Of a stretch of 64,000 nt of DNA, positions 12,948 to 26,361 are shown piece after piece (positions within the stretch are counted from its first letter, which is position 1; the number at the start of each line of letters is the position of its first letter). This stretch comes from Callorhinchus milii (Eukaryota): assembly GCF_018977255.1 (NCBI RefSeq), contig NW_024704743.1, forward strand, positions 28,026,001 through 28,090,000, in the 5' to 3' direction. The notes below the pieces were generated by a model that worked only from the letters and a program-made list of their open reading frames with translations, made no database searches and had not been told where the DNA came from. The position numbers and the translations under genes were made by a program.

Positions 12948-13958
12948 CTTCTGTATGACTGGCTTCAAAGTGAGTAATAAGTCAACTACACCAAACATGA
13001 CATTTCTAATCTTTCTAACCTGATCATGAACTAACCTACTTAATGTCTGTTCAAGTAAAGCTGGCCAGTGAATTATAGCTCAATTGATCCAAGACTCATG
13101 CAAATGTCACAGGGGTCCAATGGAATTATTAAATAGCAACCAAACACAAATGATCATTTTCAATGAAACCTGCTTATTTTGTAACTGCAAGTGTTTACCC
13201 CTGTGGGAACTCAAAACTACAGCAAACTTAAACCGAGTGCTTAAACTGCTAACCTACCAAAACTTCTCCTTTTTTCAAAGCAGAGTTGGCAGTTTTCACA
13301 TTTCGGCATAGCCTGTTTGGCAAGACTTCAACAAACAGCATCAACCCAAAACAGCCTCATTAAATGCTTTCTCTAGAAACCTCATCCCAGCCAATGTAAA
13401 TGATTTAACTGCCAGTTATAAAAGGAACAAACTACTGCAGTATTATCAATAAATGAGGACCACCTCCCCAGGGCAGTGCTAAAAGTTTTGATTTGTGATG
13501 GTTGTTAACACTTGATTTGAGAAAGTGTTGCATTTTTAATTGGGTAACTTTCAGACTCTATCCTGGTGCAGTGCTCAATGTAAACTACACACAGTGTTTT
13601 TAAACCATCATGTCATTGCTATGAAAGTCTGGTTGGGTTATTGTGCCTCTGATTTGACTGTAATGTCCGAAATAAGTTCATTATCAGAGTTCCAAGTTTA
13701 GGTATCTCATAAGACAGCTAGTCATTTCGTTCAGTCTTTCTATTTCAACCGTTTCCATTCCTCTAAATGTGGACTGAGGGGTCTTATTGATTTCAATTGG
13801 CATGTCTTTAACATGTCCCTGTTTTGAGACTTTCAACATTGGTGGATGGAGTCACCTTCTGTATGACTGGCTTCAAAGTGAGTAATAAGTCAACTACACC
13901 AAACATGACATTTCTAATCTTTCTAACCTGATCATGAACTAACCTACTTAATGTCTGT
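12948..13958 (+). repeat. Perfect 103-bp direct repeat (12948-13050 and 13856-13958)
   Basis: The two copies are base-by-base identical: cttctgtatgactggc...cctacttaatgtctgt. Confidence 0.95.
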
Positions 13959-14579
13959 CATCATTTCTCCTCTTGCTAACCTAGTCTTGACTTTTCCTGT
14001 CACTTTCGTAAACTCTAGCCTTACTGTAGTCTTCAGAGGCCTGAAATCCCCATGGTCTCTGTCTTAAGACTATTATTACTATTATTATTATAGAAGCTTT
14101 TTTTTATTTTTGCAGAATTTGGAAAACATTTAAATGTTATTTGCAAGCCAGTTTTCTTGAAAAGAAGTGCTGACAATTTGCTTCCACAAAAGGCTGTATC
14201 TTCCAAAGTTTTGCAGCAATGGTTTTGAGATATATTAGCTCTCAGAAGACATTGTGGGTCAGAGAACTAACTGCTCATCCCTTCATATGCTGAACGAATG
14301 TGAGTGGAGTTAGATCAAGTGTTGGTTTTCTGCTGTGGTGGGACGGAGCCACACTTGCAATTCCACTAAGAGTTAATTAACCTCATCTCTCACCCATCAC
14401 TGTGGAGTTTGTAAAGTCAGGAACTGTTCAGGCTTGAATGGCTCATAACATTATGTGAAACAAGAGAAGAGAGTTTACCACCATCCAAATGGGGTCTCAG
14501 ATTTGAATTTCATTCTCTTCCTTCTATTCCACTTGTCTTTATTCAATTCTGTCTTCTCTTTATTTGTTTCTGTTTACAG

Positions 14580-14654
14580 TCAGTCAGAATCTTCATACAT
14601 GAACAAATATAATGACACCTTTGAACCTTATACTTCCAGGTTTTCTTCCAATAG
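14580..14654 (+). CDS. FHOD3: FHOD3 internal exon C (75 nt, phase 2-2): QSESSYMNKYNDTFEPYTSRFSSNR
   Basis: Pyrimidine tract with tttacAG|; donor TAG|gtaggt. Ends FSSNR, as in the recalled human sequence EPY..SFSSNR. Confidence 0.88.
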
Positions 14655-15274
14655 GTAGGTCTATCTCTTTTCTCACTGTCTTTGTCAGAAATAACTCAAT
14701 TTGTAGATGTACATTTGTGGGTTCAGCTCTTGGATTCATTGTTCATCAGTAAAACACAGTGTATAGATTTTTGGTGGCTAATCAGATGAATCGAAATAAT
14801 CTTTTCTGGTGCTGCTCCTACATTTCTATTGCTCTCCTATAGCGAGGCCTGTACTTTACTTTCTGAATGGCCACTCGGACGAAGTTCTGAAGGGCATGCG
14901 TTGTCTGTGTTACTTTATGAACCATGAGAGGAGGAAAGAAAACATGCATAAAACGCTGCTATTTGATATTCCTGCCTTGTTGTTATTATATTGGTAAAAA
15001 CACTCTTGACATTTTGAAAAACATAATGATCAGATTGACATTCTAATTCATTTATACAACTCCAAAATCACATTCATGAGTTGCTGAGGAGAGCGCACTT
15101 AGTTGTACAAGTGCAGAGCTCTGCTAACCAGCGTAGGATGTGTGTTTTATTTTGTGTGTGTCATTAATCAACTGGTCAGGTTTTGTATTAACATTCCAAT
15201 GCGCTGCTGGATTGGAAATTTCCTCAGTGGATACTAACCTGATTTGCATGGTCTGTATTTATGTTGCATTGGAA

Positions 15275-15631
15275 TGGAGTCCTGCAGCTCAGAGATTAGA
15301 GCCCTCTCCTCGTAAGCGAGAAACTTGGGTTCGATTCCCAGCAGGGTGAAATGTTGGGCAAGTTTCCTTACTCCACACGCCTCTGTTTACCAACAGTAAG
15401 CAGGAACCCAGTTGTTAGTCAACTGGCAGATCGCATTTCTGTGGGTAATAATTCCATTNAAAAAAAATTGGTCACTCAATCTGTGAGACACTGCTGTGTG
15501 CAATTGGCTGCCACATTTCTTCCCCAAAATATATAGTTAATTCACTTTACAGTATATTCTGTAAAGGGCTTTGAGATGTCTCAAAGACATGATAAGGCGC
15601 TTTATCAAATGCAGGGACGATTATTACTATT
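15275..15631 (+). mobile_element. Full-length tRNA-Deu SINE, long form
   Basis: tRNA head with B box ggttcgattcc, extra middle segment, Deu core and tail; one N at 15459. Confidence 0.88.
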
Positions 15632-15891
15632 GTGATTTTGGCAATCCAACACGATTTACTGTGTAGGTTTGATGCTTGCTTGTCAAGTTGATATGATAAG
15701 TGTGCTATGGTTAGGATGTAAGATGGTGACATCAGAGGAGTCACTGGATAGCTGCCAAGGAAGGGAACCCTGGCTGTTGTTTCTTGCCCTCCAAAATCAA
15801 ATGCACTAAAGCCGATTGTGACATCCCACAGCTCTCCTGCCTGAAATCAGATAACTCAGCACAGACCAGATGCTGTGGGTGTTGTGGATAA

Positions 15892-16240
15892 CAATAACAA
15901 CAACAACAACAACAACAACAACTTGCACTTATATAGTGCCCTCCACGCAGGGTAGCATCTCAGAGAGCTTAACAGTGGCAGAGGCTGACTCCGAGCTGTG
16001 GGGAGGGGACAGGTGGCCGTAAGCACAGTTGAAGAGGAAAATTTTCAGGTGGGACTTGAAAGAGGGGAGGCAGGGGCCAAGGCAGAGGGTTTGAGGGAGA
16101 GTGTTCCAGAGTTTTGGGGTGTAGTGGCTGAAAGCGCGACCTCCGATAGTGGGGCAGATGGTGTGAGGGACGAGCAGGAGGCCAGTGCCAGTCGAACTGA
16201 GGCACTGGGTGGTGGAATAGGGAGTGAGGAGGTCTGTGGA
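15892..16240 (-). mobile_element. L2 LINE 3' fragment (second tail type)
   Basis: GGRAFSHYTPKLWNTLP..SFKSHLK peptide; (caa)n tail. Confidence 0.85.
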
Positions 16241-17173
16241 TGGCATATATGAATGGTCAATTTAATATCAGCAGAGATAGTCTTTAACCCAAGGAAATAG
16301 TACTTAACAATGCACTCCTGAATATAGAATTTACCCCTCACAGGAATCATAGAGACCCGAGAATGCTGAAAGAGGAGCTAAAGTGAAAAGCATTCCCTCC
16401 AGCTGGCAAGAGAACAAAGGCTGCTGTGTTGCAATTCGATTTCCATAATGCTTTGTGGTTAGCAACGTAAATTAAATGTAAAGTTTTCAGAACTTTGACT
16501 AAGTTCTGAGGATTTTAGCAGAGAATAAGAAAATAGCCCAAGGCACCACAGCTGAGAGCATTATGCAAATATGAGACAGTCAGAACAGCTCAAATGTATT
16601 CATTGGCCTGAACCCCAGATAGTACAATGAAAAGAAAAAGAGAAATCAATTTCAAGACGAGCTAGAAAAAAAAATACCCGATAGAAGACGGGAGAAAGGC
16701 ACATCAGAGTACAAAACAAACTTTGGATGCGCAATTATTTCTGCTGACTTACTAACAGAAACCGATGGATCTTTTGTGCAGGAATCTCGTGAATGAGGCA
16801 ATGCTGGGCTGAATTGGATCCATTATAACACTCGGTCTTTATTTAACGCAGGCCGTTATTCTGTAATCACAGTGGCTCCCACACAAGGCATAAGAATGCG
16901 AATTGAGTCTTTCTAAGCAAATTTTTTAAGTTGTTTGAACAGAATGTACTTCAAGTATATTCTATAATTATCATTATCTACAAGGGGATGCATTCATACA
17001 GAAGATTGAACTCAAGCCCAGCTTTTTAGCAGACTCAGCCCTTTCGGAACTCAAATATTTTTGCCATAATTGCGCCTGGGAGAAAAACATCCAAAATTGC
17101 AGTTATATTTTAATAAAAGCACTTATACAATAGTGGTGTCAAAATAAAAAACAAAACATTATTTGATCCTGTG

Positions 17174-17622
17174 ACAACAACAACAAGTTACATTTGTATA
17201 GCACCTTTCACATCGGGAGGACGACCCAAAGAGCTGGACAGTCAGGGATTTGGACCCGAGCTGGGTGGCGGGGAAGGCAGGGGGACAAAGGGGTAGGAGG
17301 GTGTCCAAATGCACGGTTGAAGAGGAGGGTCTTGAGACATGCTTTGAAGGAGGCAAGGGAGGGAGCGAGACAAAGGGACTGTGGGATGGAGTTCCAAAGG
17401 GTGGGGGCAGAGAAGCTGAAGGCCTGACCCCCGATGGTGGGGCGGTCTGGGCGGGGGACGTGGAGCATGTGGAATGCAGGGAACAGGACAGGTTGATATG
17501 GCGTTAGCAGGTAGGACGGATCAAGGCCATGGAGGGCCTTGAAGATGAGGAAGAGGATTTTGAACTCTATCCTATGGGGTATGAGGAACCAGTGGAGCTG
17601 GCTGAGGATGGGGGTAATAAGC
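17174..17622 (-). mobile_element. L2 LINE 3' fragment
   Basis: ITPILSQLHW..RIEFKIL..LWNSIP..FKACLKT peptide; (caa)n tail. Confidence 0.9.
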
Positions 17623-20600
17623 TCACTTTTCACGTTCAGTTCTCTCTCATTCCCCCTGTACTCTCCATTCATCACATGCCAATACCCATCCAGAGAGGAT
17701 GTTAGACTTGCTCTGTAGTCAGACAGGCTGCTCCTGTTATTTGACTGCTCGGAGTTGTGCAGCCATCGCCATAGGCAGCATATCCTCATTTTACTCTAAT
17801 GTGTATGGCTTACACCGATGACTGATCAGAGACTGGAGACTAGGGAGCCATGGGACTGTACTCAGGTACTGGCACTCCATAGTGCTGCACTTTGGGGCAT
17901 CATTGACTGAGGCATCTTAATTTATCCAGAGATCCTTAACATAACTTGCATTTATTTGGCTCCTTTAATGGGATAATGTCTCAAGCACTTCACAATGGAG
18001 GGAGGGGAGGTGACCATAAATGCAGTCAATTAGGTAGGTTTTTACGTTAGATTTAAAGGCAGAGACAAAGCAAGGTGGAGAGGCAGAAGGAGGGAGTTCC
18101 AGAGGTTAAAGGCGTAGCAACTGCCTTAAATAGATAGAATCCCATAAACACTGATGGATCATGTTTGTCCATTGAGTAACTGAGTCATGGACACCAGAAG
18201 GGTTGTAGGTTTGACTGGTCTGTGCTGCGTTATCTGTTCTTAGGTGGAGATGCCGTGGTTTTAGAGTGTGGAAGAGGAAAAACAGTCAGAGTTCCCATTT
18301 CTATTAGCTATCCAGTGATTTCTGATGGAGTCAGTGTGGATTCCTATGGTCAAGCTTTGACTTTGATGCCTTTCGTGGTCAAATCGTCTGTTGACACTCA
18401 AGGCTGAAGCTCACTCGCGAATAATGATAACTTGAGCAACGTGGGTGGCCGATGCAGAAAAATCTGTATTCAAGTAGAAGGAAAAAAAATGCAAACTCAG
18501 TCAGGAGAGGAGAGAAGTAAATTAGTAGAGAAAATTGGCCAGAAAAAGTAGATTCATTAAAAAGACAATAAGGGATATTGTCCATTTTTCACATGAAGGC
18601 TTCTTAATTAATAAGACTGTGAAATGATTAGAAATGGAGCTAACGCACGCGTTCTCCCTTTTTCACACACCATTTCATCTCATTGAAAATTATAAAGGAA
18701 CATGACCTTATCCATTGTACTCTCTCAATCAAGAATTGCAAGAAAATTAAAGTTTTTATTTTATAAAGTTGGAGTGAAAGATATGATGTTTCATGACAGA
18801 TTTGATAATTATAACACTGAAACAGTTAGAAAACAGCGGAACTACAGTCAATCGTTATGGACTGTTTGTGGGTACTTTTGAAACAAAAACTGATTTCAGC
18901 CCAAAAGTTTGGTCTGATGCGTCTTGTCAGAATTGTTCAGCCCCCTTCTTGAATACCCATTCAGCAAGAGAAAACAATGCGTTTTATCGAGTCTGAAGAC
19001 AGAGTCTGAATGTTGATTCACAGGATACCAATTGAATAACCTTATGTTTTTAGTTGCACAAAATGTAATTCTCTGTGAATGGGACAATGGAAATCTTCAG
19101 GCCCAAACATTGTGTTAAAAGTCAGGGGGTGTTCATATCAGAAACCAATGGATAATTATCGACTGAAAATTCTGCTGTTTATCCTGTGTATCCTGTGTGT
19201 ATTGTAAGTGATCGCAGCAGCCAGAAGGCATAACCGGGGGGATTGTTGGTCATGACACCAGGAACAACTCTTTTCAAACATTGCCACCCACTGAAACTGT
19301 CCGCCGGGACCTTGGTTTAGGGTCTCATCTGAAGCACGGCACCTCTGACAATGTAGCGCTGTCTCAGCATTGCACCCAAGTGTCAGCCGAGACTATGAGC
19401 TCAAAAGTTATTTATCAATGCATTTTCCAAACAATTAAATCTTTGTCATTAATCACCAAAGTAATGAACTAGTGAGACTTCAACTTCTTCCTCCTTATTC
19501 CCAAAGTAAAATGTTTCTTGCAGAAGATAAAATTGCAACCAGCCTCACCCGCTGCCCATGGTATGACAAGTCCTTATTAAAATCACAGCATAGTCAGAAA
19601 CAGTCAGATATGAACAGGGCAGCTTGTCTGATAAGAGATTAGCTTCCTCTCCAGTTTGAGAAATGAATAACTTTCAATTATTTTGTTGCAGCTTTGCTTT
19701 CAATAGGACATCATTATCATAATGTACAGCTTACACTTTGTCATATGCTTTTTGTTGAAGATTTCTCCTTTGATTCCTGAATAGCACACATTAGAGCCAG
19801 TTTGCAAAGAGCCGTAGATGGGTTGGTGTGGAAGGGTTAACTTCATGAAGCTTCTCCTGCTCTTCCCTGCCCTTTCCAACCATCATGGTTATTATAAATG
19901 GTACCTTTGTGGCAGACGATAGCAATGGAAAACATGCTCATATTCTGTGGCTTGATGGGGAAACCCAGTGCGGTAGGAAAATAGAAAAGTACAAGCTTAG
20001 GGCCAGATTAGTTACAGAACAGTTCAACTGCCTGCTTCTAAACAGATAATCAAGCCACCGAATCCTCTGCAATGTACTTACACAGCAGAAAATAAGAATA
20101 AAATCCTGTAGCATTTAAATGTCTTTGAGTCTTCTGACTCTTTAAGGAGTAGGAGTGTCTCAAGGCCACAACAGATGCTCAGCGAAGAGGAAAAAACTTC
20201 CACTTTCAAGCACAGTGGGCATGGTGATCATGTAACTCATGTAAACATAAGCAGACCAGTGTACAGAGAGCTGTATTTGCGCAGCATGAAGCAAGCTATG
20301 TTACTCTGACCTTCAAGAATCAATTTGCAGAGGTCCCCTTTTGTGCCACCAATCTTTATTGTCGGAACAAGGACACCTCAGTTTTCACTGGGCATCTTCT
20401 ATTTATAAATGTCTGTGATTGTTCTAAGGTCTTTGAGAAGCTTTTCAAGACTAGGTCTGTTTATTTTGACTCATTCAGTGACATAAAGGATGTCAGAATT
20501 ACAGATTGTTACAACACTGTCTTCATTTGAGACTGGCAGACTTTAGGACCTGTACCAAACTCTGCACTCTCGTCATCCCAGTCCAGGCTCCACTGGCTCC

Positions 20601-20894
20601 CAGGCTCCACTGGCTCCTTCAGATGAGACATGAAACCAAGTGCCCATTTGGGCCTTTTCAGTTGGACATTAAATACCCCGTGGCACAGTGTCCTGGGCAA
20701 CATTCCCCCAAATAAAATTGGTCACTTATATCATGGCTGTTTGTAGGACATTGCTGTACACAACTTAGCTGTGATGTTCATCTACAAAACATACACTTTA
20801 CAATATACCTTGGGAAATGTTTTGGGATGACCGATTGGTGTGAATGTTGCTATATTAAATACAATGATGATTAGTATTATTGCAGAATTGATGG

Positions 20895-21270
20895 ATTTCA
20901 GCATCCTCACACTTACGTACAAATCATTTCATGCCATAGTGCCTCCCTACCTCTCTGACCTGCTTACACCCCACTATGCTACATGTCCCCTTAACTACAG
21001 CTGGCACCGGCCTTCTGCACGTCTCTCATCCCCTCTGCTCCACCATCAGTGGCTGTACTTTCAGCCACTACACCCCAAAATTCTCATCTTCAATTCCTTC
21101 GCTTTGTCCCCTCTTTGCCCATCTTCAGATCACACTTGAAAACCTTACTGTTCGACCGTGTCTACAGTCACCTCCACTCTCTACCCGGCTTGGTGTCAGG
21201 TTTCGCCACTGTTAAGCGCTCGGAGATGCTACCCTGCATGAAGGGCACCGTATCAATGCAAGTTGTTGTT
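20895..21270 (+). mobile_element. L2 LINE 3' fragment (second tail type)
   Basis: ILTLTYKS..PPYLSDLL and HLKTLLFDR peptides; tail gatgctaccctgcatgaagggcac..gttgttgtt. Confidence 0.8.
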
Positions 21271-23188
21271 GACTTAAGATTGGACCAAATGGCCTTTTAC
21301 TCTGCTCTAACATTTGACGTAATTTTATGAGTAAGGGAGGAATAAATCGGTGGTGCAAACATGAATGGGAAAGATCTCTGAAGGAAAACAAATAGAGGAA
21401 ACTGGGAATGCTATGTAGTAAGTTGTCTGAAAGTATACTAAAACATCTTCTCGAGTATCAGAATATTCATAAAGAACTCAAACTTTGATCTTGGAGTTTT
21501 GGATGTCAGGGTTGAGACTTTGTTGCAGCTTCGTAACAGAAACAAGGTTTGTTGTTTCTGTCTCTCTCTATGTTAGATTGTGATTCCCGTGGTATAGTAT
21601 CATTGTAGCTCTAACCACTGGGTATAATTTAACAGTTGGCTAAATTATAGGATACACCCACATTACACTTAAGGAAACATCACACTCAACAGTGTTCTCT
21701 AATCCAGAGACACATTGCTCACCTCTACCACCTCCTCATCTTTCTTAACAGCCTGTTACTGTATTAAATATGTACTGTATTTTACCAGGAGTAGTTCATG
21801 CAGGAATGTATTAATACATCTTAGCAATCAGTGAATGGCTCCAGCTTCAGCATTCTGGACTTTGATGTCACTTGAACCTATTGATATACACAGTCACTCC
21901 ACTTCACAGTCGCTTCCTGTGAAGCACTTTGAGATATCACCCTGTGAAAAATGCTATACTAAATGCAAGAATTATTATTGTTATATAATACATTGTGTTT
22001 ATTTGTTTCCATTAGCATAATGTTTATGACATGAAAAATTCAATTAAAAAAAACAAGGCTGTATACTTGGAAGCAATTATGGCTGTATAACGTAGAGGCA
22101 GTTACGAATGTTGTGTCGATCGGCACAGAGAAAGGTTCATCCTGACTTTCATTGAAATGAAACCCATTAGCTCAGCTGGGGCAGTGCAAACATTTACTGC
22201 CCTCTAGTGTCCTTGTTCCTTTTCGTGGGAGATTCATCCCAAATGACTTAGAAAAATACAATGTCATAAATATTCTGGAAAATTGTTAATACCCGTGTGA
22301 TTTTATGTTTTTTTTAAATATACCTTTACAGATTACAGAGTCACAGGGTACATCTCAAACTGAAACAAAATATAACTCTATTTGTCCTTATCCCTTGTAT
22401 CTCCCATGGTGCAGATTTGTACCTTAGAAATGATGTCCCTCTTGTCCTTTCTAGTTTAAGGAGGTTTGTATGGACATCTGCCTTTTTTCTCTATTCCATC
22501 ATCATGTGTCTAAAACACATCAATTACTTCAGAATCCTAATCTATGCAATCTTCGCCAGCATCTTATCAACCAGATCCATTTCACCTGCTTCACTTTCTG
22601 CCAAACCCCACTGGTCAGCAAAGGACTTCTAACACACCCAGCTCTGACTTCCTTTGCATAGAATCAGTGTGAGGCCTTCCTCTGGGCCACATTAATTGGA
22701 ATGAGTTTAGGTCTTACTACAAGTCCATCATTGGGATGTTTCCAGGATTTATGGCGAAAGAACATAGATGCTCCTCAAAATTTGTGTAATTCACATTATT
22801 AGATTTGGTGTAAGAGGTTTTCTTTCTACTCAACCAGCACATCCAATGATTGCCTTCTGCAGTGCTTCCTCAGTGACTTTGCAAAGCAGATCATGAAATG
22901 GTGGGTGGCAAGATGACAGTGTAGATGTCCTTGGATCCATACATAGTCCATGTTAGAACACACTATGGAATCCCCAGTTTAATCAGTAGAACTGCTTCCT
23001 GGCCACAGGCAATGTTCTCAACACAAAAAACAACACCTAGAATGTATGCATAATTTCTGTAGGACCATTTCTTGGATGATAGCACTGTAAGAAAAATGAA
23101 AAGTACACTTTTTGTTTATGCTTTGTAACATTGAAAGCCCCATTTTCCTTGCAACATTGTTATTTTTACATGGAGTTAATTTAGAAAT

Positions 23189-23275
23189 ACAACAACAACA
23201 ACAACAAGATTCCATTTATAAAGCGCCTTTCACGTCAGGAGGACGTCCCAAGGCGCTGCACAGTTGGGTCATGAC
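23189..23275 (-). mobile_element. Young L2 3' tail only
   Basis: Reverse complement is nearly identical to 55152-55243. Confidence 0.85.
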
Positions 23276-24921
23276 AATAGTACATAGACTACTTCCATGT
23301 TAACTCCTGACCTGTGTCAGAATTGCTTGCTTATTGCCTTGTAGTTGAAGAGCATACGATGAAACCTCAGGGGGGAAAAGCCATTCAACATGGTGGTAAG
23401 TTCCTCCATGTGTCCTTGTTGTTAAACAAAAAGAAACATTCACTCAAATTGCATCAGATTTTGACATGAAGTTATAGATTGAATCAGATTGAGGAGATAG
23501 TGAGCATCAAACATATCAAAGATTCCCAAAGGCTGGATTTTTAAGACTAAAGCATGTGTTACAATGTCCTGTGCACTGGACTGGGCCCTTGAATGCATCC
23601 CATGCTCACAATAGTTGCTTGGTCCTAGGGTGCTTTACAAGCCACTGCTTACCTTTTTGTTATATTGAGCTATGAGTTTCTGGTTCATAAGGAAATCTGT
23701 GTAACCCAAGAAAAAAACCTTCTGCCTACTTTTGGGTTGGATTAAAATTCCTTTACTGTTTACATTTTTGAGCTTTCTCCATTACATCACGCCAAACATA
23801 CCTGATGATATAATTTAATATTAACACAGGATGTAAAGCTGTAGTATCACTTTTCCAATGACCTTCACAATCTCTGGGCTTTTCTATAAATTCAGAACTA
23901 AGCAGGTATGAAATTCAGGCTGACTGAAACCTCAGTAGGAGGATTATTACATTGATAGCAGTTTATTTTAAAGTTATCATTCCAGGAAATGGTGCACAGA
24001 ATTCACAATCCAGATTCAAACTAGATCAGTTTTGAATCCTGCAGTAACTAGACCTGCATTCTACAGGAACTTCCCTCTTATGTGACTGGATGTAGGTTTG
24101 CATCAGAGGGATGTTCCTGTGAGATAGAATTGGATATTCACTTCATACCTATTTGAAACATGTCTGTGTGCAAATTGACAGTTGTATTTGCCTACAAAAC
24201 ACACAGCCATTACATTTTTCAGTATATCCTGTATGAAACGCTTTGAGATGTCCTCTGACATGAAAGATACCAATTCAAATGCAAGGATTATTATTATTAT
24301 TTCCACTTCTGGTTACCAGCAGGAATCAATAATTACGAACACTTACGATTATGATTGTCATATTTTTGAACCCATTTGCCTCTGTTTAACGGTAGATTGT
24401 TTCAGTTCATTATTGACCTCCAAAAGGCCTCAGAACAGTAATGCTGCAGCTGAAAAGAGGCACTGCCTTTAAACATATTGCCGCAAATAATCTTAGAGAT
24501 TTCTCATGGTGAACAAGGTAATGAAAAGATCACCACTTTTAGAATCATACAGTGACACAGCCTGGTGTCATGCACAGTTTGATGCAGCGTTTACATTATA
24601 TTATAAGGTGTTTGACACCAATTGTGCCATCATGTTGTAGTGTTGCAGAAAAACAATTGCCACCATTTCCTAAAAACTGTGTCCCCTTTGGAATCTCTTT
24701 TTTTATTAAATTAATAACTTAATCTTATCTCATTTGAATGCAGAACTCTGGCTCAGTTCTTGATTGGTGACCATCCACTCAATTGTAAATATGGTCAATA
24801 TGCTGTGATAATGATGTGTAGTTAATGTAGTGTATGAGGGGAGGAGAGCGGTTGTGAATGCTACAGTATTTGGTAAAACAAAACCTGAGGAAATAAGTGT
24901 TTCTATACTCCACAGATTACA

Positions 24922-25248
24922 GGAGTCCTGTAGCTCAGTGGTTAGACAGACCACTTGCCTCACAAGTGAAAGACCTGGGTTTGATTCCTGGCAGGACGAA
25001 ACCTTGGGCAAGTTTCCTTACTCCTCATGCCTGATGATAATCCTTCAAAAAAAAACAAATAATAAAACATTAGTCACTTCAATCCATGACTGTTTGTGGA
25101 ACACTCCTGTGTGCAATTGGCTGCCGTGTTTCGCCCACAAATATACAGTCAATTCACTTTACAGCCCATTCTGTGAAGTGCTTTGAGATGTCTCAAAGAT
25201 GTGAAAAAGCAAATGTAAGATTATTATTTATTTATTATTTATTATTAT
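24922..25248 (+). mobile_element. tRNA-Deu SINE, short body with older tail
   Basis: ggagtcctgtagctcagtggttaga head, Deu core, (tta)n. Confidence 0.85.
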
Positions 25249-25620
25249 TACAGAGTGTTCTCAAAGGTAGTCTACACATTATAATTCACTATAGATCACG
25301 TGTTACAGGGGTGTTCTTTATTTGTAATCCACTTGCTACACAATGTTCACTAAAGATAGTCCACACGTGTAGCACTGGTGGCAGATAGTAATAACAACAA
25401 CAACAAAATTACATTTACAGAGCATCTTTCATGTCTGGAGGACGTCCCAAGGCGCTGGTCAGGACCCGAGCAACCATGGTTGTCTGAACATGCACCAGCC
25501 AGAGTCACACAATTAGCACAAACTATTCTCAGAATTATCTTTCAGCAGGTTTATTTGCAAGTGTTGCATCTCTTACTGTGATATACCATTTGAACGGACC
25601 CACTAGCAAGTTGGCCCTGG

Positions 25621-25693
25621 AGCTGGCTGGTTGATGCCCTCGACCCGCAATGTGGAACACACATTGCGGGTCGAGGGCATCAACCAGCCAGCT
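25621..25693. repeat. Perfect 34-bp inverted repeat with a 5-nt loop
   Basis: agctggctggttgatgccctcgacccgcaatgtg-gaaca-cacattgcgggtcgagggcatcaaccagccagct. Confidence 0.97.
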
Positions 25694-26235
25694 ACACTAC
25701 CCGTCTACACTACTTCATTTAGTCAAATGGTTTACAGACATCATTTTATTTCACTCCACATCAACCAAAGTGCAGTAGCAAATTGTTCAGAAAGGACAGC
25801 ATGGAGCACTCCAATAGATATCAACGTGCAAGAGACAGTTCACAGTAAGAGTGACGTAGACACAATTGCTGCTTATATACAGAGGATGAAAATTTGTTAC
25901 TAATGTGTGAAATGAACAGACTCAATAAACTGCTTCTCTGTGGTGCTGATACAACAGGCAATGCACTTTGACAGTCATAGAACCCTTGGCCTAGAGAGCC
26001 TGGTGATTCTGGAGTTTACTTTCCCCAGTATTGATGAAGGTTATTTTGGTCAGTTCGGATTTGCGAGCTCTTCTCTTCTCTTTCGTTCAATGCAGCATTG
26101 ATTCTGCCCTTCTCTCCTGTGTGTGCCGCTTTCTGCTGTGCTGTTCACTGAGTGTTTTGTGGTTCTTCAGCACGCTCACCTGCTAACTGTTGCTCTTCTT
26201 TCTTGTGTGTTTCCTTTGTCTCACTGTTCCCGCAG

Positions 26236-26361
26236 ATACAGCAACTATGGCAGCAGCAGCTACACCCCGTCACGACCTTACCCTGGGCTCAGCGCTGCCA
26301 CCACCCCAACCTCTCGCTATGGGACCGCTAGCTCACCTGCTCCCGAGACTAAACCTGACAG
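26236..26361 (+). CDS. FHOD3: FHOD3 internal exon D (126 nt, phase 2-2): YSNYGSSSYTPSRPYPGLSAATTPTSRYGTASSPAPETKPDR
   Basis: Acceptor cccgcAG|, donor CAG|gtttgt. Resembles the recalled human YSNFGNNSYHSSRP..TTPTS. Confidence 0.88.
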
